NCBI GenBank assembly: GCA_964035545.1
Contig: OZ037767.1
Span: 4,232,707-4,296,706, forward strand
Reading direction: 5' to 3'
Length of the DNA stretch: 64,000 bases
From: Bugula neritina
Taxonomy: Eukaryota; Animalia; Bryozoa
Shown here: piece by piece, positions 46,401 to 58,400 of the stretch
How the letters are laid out: each line of letters begins with the position of its first letter
Numbering within the stretch: position 1 is the stretch's first letter
Program-made: the position numbers and the translations under genes
Notes under the pieces: model-generated
What the model was told of the DNA's origin: nothing
The model's database searches: none
What the model saw: only the letters and a program-made list of their open reading frames with translations

Positions 46401-49400
46401 TATAAAAATAGCGTTGCCTTTTTCTTTGTAATCTATATTTAGTAAATTCATTCTTGCACCGCTCCTCTATCACGTCCTTTCTCACCTACACATATTTCTG
46501 TGCAATCTGTTTTTTACTGCTGGATAGTTACCAACTTCCATTGTGCATACTGAGTTATGGGGTGTCCTTCAGCTACAGAATTGTGCTTATGCAATCTCCT
46601 AACCACTCGAATTACTCGCTTTATCTCTTCTCCGCCACTCTGTGACATCATACCCTATCGCCTTCTTTCTATGTCTCTTTTCCACTTGGAATCAGCGAAA
46701 ACCTCCGTAGAATAATTTATGTTGCGCATATTCTAAACTCACCTTTGGAGTCTTCTATACACTATTTTATTGTTTGAAACTATACTCGATTATCAAGTTA
46801 TGGTTTTTTTAACATATTTGGTAACTGATTTTAATTTTTTTAAACATATTTTCATTGAATTTCCTTTTTCAAGGACAACTCAACAGTTGAAAACGTAGTC
46901 CTGTGAAATGATGGACAGCGCGTTTTCCTGTCAGGCCCTGGAGATTCGCTGGAATTAATTGTTTTTTTATTTTAATTCTTCAATTGATGTTTTCAATGAT
47001 GGGCATTTTTTCAATGTTTTGCCAGTAGCCGCAAACTAGGACTACTGGCTGCCATTGCCTATGTTTACGCCATTGTTATATAAGTTTTACAAAGCTGCCT
47101 AGCTGGTGATGGTGGCAAGATTTTAGCATATTACTTTTTGCAACAGAACGATAAAATTGATAAACTCTGTTGATACAAGATTGCTGTTTCTAATTGCAGG
47201 GCTCTGTAACTTCAATGCACTCGTCCCAAGCTCTTAAATGCACGAGCAGTGAACTCCGGGCTACTGATATAAAGTATCAGACCTCAGGCGACTCTGTACG
47301 CAACTATGCTACTGAAGGTAAGGGAGATAACTCCTTTGTATAGTAGTTCTATAATTAGCTGTCATATGTGTAGACAAGAGGCATGTGGGCATTTCAAGGT
47401 TACTTGCTGATAGGCAATGTCAAGTTACATAAGAATTCTAGTTTTTTACTGCACCTGGAAGAATTTTACCTACTGCAGTAAAAAAAAACTAGATTTTGGC
47501 ATGTCCAGCCTAGGGCTTGCGTTGCACACACTTTCAGTCTAAAGGAAAGGTGATTTTATTCTCAGGAATTTAGAGTGTTGCTGAATTTATTTCTATTGAC
47601 TTGGAATGTTAGATGCTGAGATTAACTCATTTGTATTCTAATTCCTCTCTGTGTGGCTTATTCACAGGAACCCCTCATAACTTTTCTACCAACACATCTC
47701 TGTCAGACCTGACTGTTGACTCTCACTACTCCACCAGTAAGACGCCAGTCTCTCAATATGTATCGGACACTCCTATTGGACAGTCCAAGCAGACCGTCAA
47801 CCAATCAGCTAAGCAAATCTCTCAACTTTCCAAACGTCCAAGCTCCAGTCATACATCAACACGAACTGGCTTAGCGAGTAGAATTCCTCAGGCCACATCT
47901 TCTTCAGCACAGCGGGCTTCCACAGCCACCCCAGCCAAACAGCATTCTAGCAGCAGTTCCCCGCAACATAACCGTGTGTCCACCATGCCCCCTCCTCCCC
48001 CTACTACCTCTGATGAAATGAAATCATTCGGAGTTGAAGGTAATAATGTTAGATGTTTGACAGATTGTGTATGCACTTCCCTTTATAACTCACATTATCT
48101 GTCATAGAATAGTAAAATAGTTCAAATGCATTGACTTTCATGATCCTAAACTACTCCCTAAAATGTTCTAATCTACAGGAGATTAAAAATAATGAAACTA
48201 TGCTTTGAAGAGACTGAGCAAGTCTCAATCTTACACCATCTCATCTCTGTCAATTACAGTAAATTTATAAAATGATAATATCCTAAATTTCAAAGGCTTG
48301 TAAGTCAAGTAAATTCAGTCAAATCAAGTGGGTAGTTTAAGTACTCCACTCGTCAAGCTCTGGAGTCAGTCTCAAACAACTGAAGTGAATTCTAGTTGTA
48401 AGATGTAATCCCATGACTAGAGAAATACTTTCTTACGTACTATGTTGTTTGTTACCCACGTGTCTGTGTAGTTTGTAGGAATTTATTAGTGGAATGAAGA
48501 TTTGTATGTGGTTCTGCACATAGTTTGGTGAAATGACAGGTTTAGATGTTTACTTCTTTTTACTGGCTCTTTCAAATCTATTCTACTGTTTATTAAATGG
48601 CTGCTAGCCTGCTACATGCAAAGCATAGCTGTATTGTATTCAAAAGGAGCAATTCGGAGTTATCTCCTATCATTGTAAGTTGTTTTCACTATAATTCTGT
48701 ATGGAGATTCTGATTGGCTGTTAGGTACTCCATTCAACTACTCGAGGAGAGAGTCCCTCAGCTCACTTAGTTGTGACGAGGATGACGAGATGAATATGAC
48801 GGTGGTTAACTGTGTCACCGATGCTATGGCCAAGCGATTGCAGGAGAAGCAACTCCAGTCTCGCTCACCACAAAAACCTTCAACTGGTCAGTTCTCCATT
48901 TGCACATGACTCAGTTTAGTATGTTTCAGGCCTAATTCTACTCAAGCACAGTACTGGGGGAGTACTTTCTGTTACTAGACACTTGCATCAAGTTCAGCAT
49001 GCAATGGTTATGGTTTAGAATGATTCTGCAGCAAAAGTATTTAGTATTTTTAACTTTTGTTGTTTTCAATTTTTGATCTACCAATTTTTGAAATACTTTT
49101 TCCTCCATGTGTATGAAAAGCATGATCATCATCAGGCTATAAAATGAGCAATGGAAACGTTACGGTTGGTTTCTAATTAATCAAGTCTTAAGTCAGGAGT
49201 CTGACGTAATGTGCAGAAATTCCAGTGAACAATTTCACAACTAGTTGGAAGAGGAAACAAGTTTCTTATGATGTCATATATACCTTATAGATATTATGAA
49301 AATACTGAAAGAATAAAATTATGTGCACATGCTAGGGCGATAATTTTCTTATCCAAACCAACAATGGCGGTCATAATTAAGGAGCATTTGAATGGAGGTG

Positions 49401-52400
49401 GTACCATTGCCTGTGGCAAGGAGAGGGGTGGGGCTTTGTGTATATCTGTGAAAAGAAACTTACAACTAGGTTGTTATAGTTTGAACTACAGTGACCTCAA
49501 TTAAACTCAGTACTTTTAAACCCCCCCCCCCCCTCATTAAATTGATACGTGATGAAACAGTCAAGCTGGAATGATCCTTTTTGAAATGTGGTAAATTTGT
49601 CAGTCAATTTAGAATAATAATAGGGGAGGCATCACTTAGGTTCACCTGTGTCAGCCAGGTGGCTGACCTGAAGATTGGCTGGGAAAAGCTTAACCGAATC
49701 TCACCTTTCGCAGGTCATTGTGTGAAATAGATTTGGCAACTCAATGGCAGTGTTTGTATTTGTTGCCTTTCTCGGTGTATTATTATATGTCCTGTACTTT
49801 ATGAAGTGCCATATTTATTTAGAGCTACGGCCAGAGAATATTCAATCAATTGCTCATTTATTTCAAGGAAATTGTTATTAATTATTTATATATTGCATAT
49901 TTTTATTATATTCATTAACCATCACTTTTTGCAGTTACTTGTAATCAACTTGACATTACAGCATTGTGTTCTGTCTATGGACTATCTTCAGTGTGTACAG
50001 ATACTTGTCTAGAAGTCTTACCCTGGCATATCTGCAGCCATGTTTAACTACATGTTGTCAGTTGTTTCTGTTTTATAATCATCGATTATGCAATGTGCAA
50101 TAGTTGGTAGCAATTTAAACAAGCTTGACGACATTGGCAAAGTGGTTGCAGGTTTTGCTTTCGATGTAATGACTTCTCATGCTTTACATCCACTAGGAAG
50201 GCGAAAGCCAACCTCAGTATAAAATATGGAGGCGGCTAGGGTGGTGTGACATCACCGAACTATCTTGTTTCATTAAATTACGTCACTCATGCTGAGAAAA
50301 AATTTGAATGAACACTGTTCTTCGGAAATCAGTTCAAGATGTGTTAATGCACCGCAGGGGTAACTGAATGTTTTGTAAAATTCTGTCAAAATATTTTACA
50401 AAAAAGTGTTTTTTGCAAAGTAGGAAGAAGCTAAGCATTCTGCTATGTCCTAGCTGTTTGAGCTTGTTGTTGCAGAGAATTCAGGAAATAAATCTGGTGG
50501 AATAGCTACTTCAGCAGCTAGCCAGAGGCCCACTGTTGAATTCAAAGATGATATGATAACTACGTTCAAGCTACCCCCTCCCTCCGATGGATTGAACAGT
50601 AGAGATGAGGTATACAGTTATATCTCTAGAAACTCAAGGAAATGAGAATGTTTTTTTTTCATTTGGAATATTCATACTCAGACATTACTTTTCCTCCAGC
50701 GATGCCAACTTTATGTGATTATACTTCCTAAAAATGTTATGATCTCATGTACATTGGAGATATTTTGAAAAATATTTACTTTGAATCATGTTATAATATG
50801 TTGTGAATTGGAGTAATTCGTGTTAATTTCAGTGGCAGAATTCTTGAGCTGGTGCCAATTTCAGCTGTGGGTCAATGTAGTGTCCACTATCACTAACAAC
50901 TAACCACAGCTATTTGTTTTTAAATCATATTTGAAAGTTGATGAGAGGTTGAGGGCTTGTCCCGTAGGAGGACCAACGCCTGGCTGTTGGCAACTTTCCA
51001 AAGAAATGTTATTATATCAGTATTACTTCCTCACATGGAAGCAGTTCTTACTGGATCAATTAAAAACAACCATCACTGAGCTTTTCTACTTGTGTTGTCT
51101 TAATGGAAGGCATGATGCTGTATTGTAGGCTCCTAAGGCTACAGTACAACCCGCAACAACATCTCATATGTGTTCATTTTAGGTAACTAAGGCTTACACG
51201 CCGATAGAAGGAACGCCATATTGTTTCAGCAGAAATTCACCCCTAAGTTCCCTGAGTGGATCTGATTGCGATAGTGATGCTGGTGAAGCCGGGGCGTCAG
51301 CAACCGTCTCGTCTATAGCAGAGGCACACAGGGTATGGAAAACATAGCTGGGCTATTTTTGTATATAGGCAGTTGGCACTAATTTTTATTTTTCTTCAAT
51401 TTCCCCATTCTTACAAAAAATTTGTTTGTCCACTAAATTTAGACTTGACAATTCTTATTGACCTATTTTTCACAACCAGCATTCTAGAAAGTTCTGTCAA
51501 AATATCCCTGAAAGCAAAAACAGTGTCTTTAATTCATGCTACTAGTTATAGCAGTGCCAACCCTACAGCCTCTCCCTCCCCTCCATCAAATAGATGAAAT
51601 ATATTATATCATTAGAAGTCTACCTGGCAGATCACGATTGACCCTTTGCAATTCAGTGTATTCTGTTATTTTCATCTCACTTTTTCAAAGAAAGTGTGGT
51701 TTTTGATGTGATGCCATATTGTATGAGTAAATCAACAGGGCTGACTAAATAGATACATGCTTGGCCTTATAAAGTTCCTCATCGGTACCCAAAAATATTC
51801 TCAAAAGAATTTCTTCTTTGGCTTTATGTCTGTTGCTTTAGTGACACTTCAAAAACATGCCTTTCAGAAAATGGTACTTATTAGTTATTACTTTTTTTAT
51901 CCTTTGAAAAGTAGTGAACTAGCCTTAATTTGTATTGCATTATTGTTCTCAATTTCTAGTGTAATTTATACCGAGTTCTTTACATCTCCAATAGGCAGAA
52001 GGTGGGGGTGTTTCAGACACGTCCGAGAGTGAAGACGACACATTTTTAGATCATTGCATCAGCTCAGCTCTGCCCAAGAAGCTGGTTAATTCAACTCAAG
52101 TCTCCAAAGTTTCTGCCAAGTCACCAGAATCAAAGTCTTCCAACTTTAAGCAGGTTTGAAATTGAAATTCTTTTTTGTCTACTAAAATTTGTTTTCTTGG
52201 ATTTCTTTTCATCAATTCTCGTTTCTTCTGGACAAGATTTTATGTCGTTTTGGCTGAGTTTTTCTTCATGGGATATTTGTGGTTGATGGCAATTGTTTAA
52301 AAAAGTTTCTTTTAGTGGCTCTTTGGAAAAAATTGATAAATTGTCAGCAATTTTTATTTCACGTCGCATAAACTCTTGAAACGTTTTGCTAGCCAGTAAC

Positions 52401-55400
52401 TAGCTGTCTCACCTTTTCCAAAAGTTTGTTTGGTTGTGGAAGGCTGTTTGTTCTACTCTGAAACAGTTGCTGGGTATGGTATTGTTGGGAAAGGAAATAA
52501 AACATTTCCACGAAAGCTGCGGTTTGTGTGTTCACCTTACCTAGTAATATTTGTATTGCCATGTTGCTTTTATTTCGTCCAATATAACCATGCAAAGCAA
52601 AATAACATCTGATATTCAGCTTCACTGTAGCGTCATATCTTCTCGAGTTTTTGCAAATGTTTTTCTACGAAACAGGGAAGCGCAGGTATGGCATCACTGG
52701 CCCCACCATTCAAAGTTCCTTCTCAGACGTTACCAAAACAAGTTGACACTAAACCTCCACCTGTTAGTCTACTACCAGCTTCTGGGGAGATAGTGGTGGC
52801 ACAACGTACCCCTAGCAGAGGTCTGTAGGCCTTCCTGTTACTATGAGTCATTCAACTCAGCATTTTGCTTGTCATTTAGTCTAACGGGTGCACTGAGAAC
52901 AATTTGCTGCTCAAATTTTTTCAATATACACCTCAGCTTTTGTGATTTTATTTTCCATCCAGGAATGTCTGCTGAGACATCCACAGACTCTCTGAAACAA
53001 GACTCAGCCCCACATAAGACGACAGCCGGCAGCCCTAAGCCCTCTACTTCCTCTGGCAAAACAAATCAGGTGCAGTATGATATTCACCTGGGCAGTGTAA
53101 TTGTTGTCAGTTTTCTTTCCAAAGCTGTGCATGCAAGTTTTCAGTTAACCCTGCGACACCCAACTGTAAATGTTGTTTTGTTTCTACTAATGAAAAGCCT
53201 GGTTATTAATATAATAGCTGCTAACACAACCCTCGGCAGCTGGCTATTGCTTCAAACACTGATATTTATACACCTTGAACCTGATGGTAGTTATCTGCTA
53301 TTTGACACCCCTTAGATTTTAGAGGACACCCCCAAGTTAACACACCCTCCCTAATGGACACCCCCTAGTAGACTTCCCTAGTGGACACCCCATAGTGGAC
53401 ACCCCATAGTGGACACCCCATAGTGGACAAACTTGTAGTATAACAGTTAGCTACTGACACTTGGCAGAGTGACAATATTTTGGCCTCTAATTTTTTTTGA
53501 TGACAAAACAAATTCCTTCAATTGATTTTATCACCTGTGGTTCTAAATATATAAACACTGTTTTGTGCCAATACTATTTTGGAAGTTACAAAAGTATGAA
53601 TTAATTGGTACTACGCTGTTCTATACCTTGATTACACTAATGGTGGCTTTCCTTCACATTCCACACCAAACCTGTGTGCTGTAGTCAATAATAACCAGTT
53701 TGTGGCACCCAATTATATATTTCATGCTTCTAAAAACTTGTTTGTTTCATAGCATAGCTAACCACCTTTACACTACATCTGTAATCAGTATCTGAATGTT
53801 TACTATTTAGCATTCTAATGCATGGATTCCAGCTTGTGCTGCTACAGTACAGAGTGCTGTTTATTTTTATGTTTGCCTTCTACTTTATTACTAGTTGTTT
53901 TAATTTCTCTCTTTCAGCTTTGGCGTTGTAAACTTTTGCATGTCCTTTTTCTTTCTGTTGGCGCAGAAGTGGAGAAGTTTCGAAAGAATGTCTTTCAAAC
54001 ACAATCCCACAAAAAGTTATACTCCTTGTGAAAATTACAACCACTTACTTGGAAACAAATATCCTACAAAAAAATTTCAACTTGGACTGCTAAAATTTCT
54101 CCATTTTTGCAGCCCAATTCCGCCATACAAAGCTGTCTTCCTTAGCGCCAACTGCTAAATTTTTTCTTTTTTTTTTTATTCTCCTCATTAAATTCTGGTT
54201 TCTCCATTAATGATGTACTGTTGGTGCACATTAGAGCTATCAAATAATTAAACATCAGAACTGGGAAAACATGCTAAACAATTAGTTTAGGTAAAAACTC
54301 TCTCTTCCTTCAGTCTTGTTTATAACTGTCAGAGTCTGAGGTGCATTTACCTTTGCAAATCACCACCTTATTACTTCATCAGCCACTTCGGGTGGGGCTA
54401 GATGAGATAACTATAAACTGGTAGTTGTTGTTATTACATTGGTAGAAATGAAAGTTTCATGTTTTAGGAAATACTACTGTTCTCATATGCAAATAAATGC
54501 AGTGCAACCATTTCAGTAATCTAGTAACACCACATTCTTTCCTTATATTCATCCAACTTCCTTTACTCATGAAGTACATTGACTAAGTTGACTTGGTTTA
54601 TTAATCCTAATTAATTCCGTCAATATTTACGAGTAACCATATCATTGTTGGTAATCCTTCGTAACTTCCTCTCCAGCTTGCTCCATGACCATCACTTTAA
54701 GGAAGTACTATTAAGAATCAACGTCATACGAGTGTGCTAGTTGTACTCACTCTACTTTGCCAACAGGAAGTAGATGCTGTAATATACAACTCATTTTACT
54801 CATACTTTGAGATTTTTGATTATTTACATTTCTCTAAACTGGAGCTACATATATCTAAAGGAGTGATTTGGTTATCATTACTACTACATAGATCACAGCT
54901 TGTTATCAGGGGAAAGATATCATTATCATATTGCTAGTTAGCTACGATCCAGGTCTATGTTTCTCACCCTCTAATAGTCAACCTCTATGGCAAGGATATC
55001 TCTAACATCTAATCAAAACCTGAGATGAACTTTGAATTTTGATAGTTTTATAAAGTATACTTAGTTCTCCATTGATAATGTGCTGGTCACCTCTCACTCT
55101 TTGCAAACAGCCAATGGCGTAGTAGCGCTGCCGACCAAAGGTCCCGACTTGACAGCGCTTCTCTATGCATATGTTCTATTCATATCACCATTAGTCTTTC
55201 TGTGTGACATTGAACGCAATGCTGATACATTTGCCACCAGCTTGATGCATTATGCTTTCTTGTTGTCTCTTATTTCGTTGTCTATTTGTGTTTATATTTT
55301 AGATATAAATTATTTCTCTGCGAACTACCTAATGAAACCCAAGCATGCCGATTAGCTACTTCAACAGTAAGCATCTTACAACTTGTCCACATTGTAATTT

Positions 55401-58400
55401 GTTACTCACTGCACCAGGGAACTGGGTATGACTGCTAGTCACTGCATGTCTAATGTACTTATTTTAAATACAAACCTTTATTATAGTTTAACTGTTACAT
55501 CGCCTTTAGAAGTCATTGCTGAATTATCTTTGCGGTGAATATCATCATCTGTTACCAAGCAGTAGTTCCATGACGACAGTGCTTTTCAATAACCTCCTAC
55601 TTCTTTAAAAAGCCTTGTATCTGTGTTTTATAGTATTTCAAAAGTTACTATAAAAACTAGAATTTCTTTGACCAGATGCAACTAAGAGTCACCCTCTGTG
55701 TTTTCAGTGACCGCCAAGTGACCTTTCTTGTAGAGTCAGCTGCCTTGCTATTACTGAACTTTTCTTACTGTGTAGTGCTATATGTGCCATTAAATGTTGT
55801 ATGATTGTAATTTCGCTTGCATTACATAATGCATTGTCATGTCTTTAGTTTGTATTACTAAAACTGCAATCTCCTACTAACTTATATATAGTTACCATTA
55901 CTGCGTTTCTGGTGGTATTGTTCTCATCTTAATGTGGTTGTTTGACAACATGAGGCATCCTTTATATTTTCAACTACTTTAGCAGCTGGACACTTCTTAA
56001 TATTTAAATGCTTGCTGATTTTTTTTTTTAGTTTACTGGATTTTTTTTTTAAAGACAGTTTTCTAATAAATCAAAATTATTTTGCTTTGCTGATCTGACT
56101 CAGGACTGGCTCTTTGGTTCATTAATTTATTCTTTTGAACTTTTGCCATAAACAATTATTCATAAGTCAAATCTGACATTCTATTGATTTACCTAGTGTT
56201 TTTGTTTTATACGTTATATAATCAGTATTATTTATTCAAACAATTAGCAAAAATTTGGCATATGTGACTAAAATTTGAATAAAGTCATTGTGAAATTCAT
56301 TGTCTGTCAGCAATATTCAAATTTGATTGGCTAAGAAAAGAGTAGCATTATTACTGCATGCACATTATTAAATACAGGATGTGCTACTCGTGATACCATC
56401 AGGGTCATCCATTCTTTGTTATTTGTTTAAGAATTCCTCTTTCCCCCCAAGTCCTGAAAAATCTAGTCGACATACGCAACTGTTGTATCATAAGGTCTCT
56501 TAGTGTACATAGTTTGTTAGTTATGGCGTATGTTTCTTCTGGTATAAGGTTTGTACTGTCAAAAGTGGAAGATACAATCACCTCCATTTGCAACTTAATG
56601 TCACTTTTTTCTTTTGTTAGGAGAAAAAAGATGAAAGAGAGTTGAGACGAAAGACATACACCGTAACAGAGAGTCAACTTCAATCCGCTCTTGCTCTCCT
56701 TCCTTCCTGTGACACGTCTCAACCTTCTGCAGGCGAGAGTGCAAAGTCTGACTCCCAGAGTAATATTGTCATTTCCGGTGACGAGGACGAATTTGATGAC
56801 GTTTATATGTTTGAAAATGGAGAATTATTTAAAGAAGACATTGATGCAGTTTTAGAAGCTCTGAAACACGCGTCCGAGGAGGTAGACGATGCTTTAAACC
56901 CAACTTTTATGAGTTTACCCGAACCACCAGCCTGCTTTGCTGATGACTATGACGCCCCTCGCTCCGAGAGCATCAATCACGGCAGCTCACTGCCAAAACC
57001 TGCTCGCCAAACACTCTGTGGGCCTAGAATCACTAAACCAGACAATTCAGGGAATACGGACACTAAGGAACCAGAGGTCAAGGTAGTTCGGGGCAGGCGG
57101 AAGCCTTTGTATCCTGGTAAGACGTCTTGTTTACCTTCAACTCGCTCCCCACCCGCCCGTAAACCAGTGTCATCTACCGGGGCCACTAAGGCTACTGGCA
57201 TTGCTCGAGTCAATTCTAAATCTTCAGACTCAGTTTCTCAGAACTGGAAATCTCCTTCACACAAGAAACTGGCTTCTACCGGAATACCGAAGGCACCCAA
57301 ATCTGTGTCTAAGAAATCCAGTCCTGTCAGCAGCTCAAATAAAAGGGCTGACAGCAGTGAAAGTCAGCATGTTGCGCATGCACCTCCGCATGCACCTCCG
57401 TCTGTCAGCAGGAAAGTCACCCCTAAGGCTGCTGGGTCAAATCTGTCAAACAAATCAGCTGCCACCACAACTGGGACCACTAAAAGTAAACACACTGCAA
57501 ATTCTAAGAAAAGCATGCTTTTGGACAAACAGGTGAAGACTACTAGTACAGCAGAGCTTAAGGCAGCACATGATGAGAATTCTGATGACTGTGAGACAAG
57601 GGAAAAGATTTTGTCCCCTGCAGCTGGCTGTGAGGATAGGGGGAGGGTCCTGTCCCCTAGTGATGTCCTGCACAGAGCTGCTGGTAGGCACTTCTCTATT
57701 TCTTACCATCAGTCATGTCTCCGTTCCATCTCTAAGATTGAAAGAGCTTATTAGTTATGTTTATGCTGAAAATTGAATCGAAATTTTTAGCTAAAACATT
57801 AGTAGTTTCGTGATGGGTGTTTTCTCTATGAATTTAGATTAAAAAAGAGTATTTTCCTTTATGTTTTTTTCTACTTTATGTTATTTTCTTCAAAGTCTCA
57901 CTTTCTGTCACCCTAAATTTTCCTACCAGTTGCAATGCTACATAGAAACACAGTTGAGGCACAACTTTTTTTATAGATGTAAGGTCAGCTTTTAAGTTTA
58001 CTTTCTTGTGTATTGAGTAATTATTATAACAGCTGGCCTGTATGGCCCTCAACCGTAAACATTGTGTGGTTTTTCTACTCATTTCATCACACTTCCTCTT
58101 GCCCTGTTTAGTTTTGAGATCAACTATAATAGCATTCCAAGGTAGGAGTGAGCCATTGACGCTGGTAAATGTTTATAGTCTCTCTCGTATCAGTGAGGTC
58201 TGTTGTTGTAACTAGTGCTAACAGTATGTGTCTTCTAGCACTAGTGGTGGTCTAGACAAAACCAAAAGTTGGCTCTCCATATTCTGTATACAGTTTATAT
58301 GATTTTGTCAGCTTGTCTTAAACAGCCGTTGAAATATAATTTGTATGTGTATAACTTTTAATTTCAGTTGCCTTGTGTTAAAAAAGTAGCACATGAAAGG

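Larger units (their letters stand above)
36972..52153 (+). other. APC: APC central region: 15-aa repeat(s), eight 20-aa repeats, CID/region B, SAMP-type repeats
   Basis: 15R: EKPVDYSQMY (about 37153). 20R at about 38560, 39300, 41030, 42390/42767, 45340, 47290/47668, 48013/48725 and 51190. CID at 41095-41476. SAMP repeats: MLQ|QCISSAMP (44611), AILSALP (45851), HCISSALP (52050). Confidence 0.9.
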
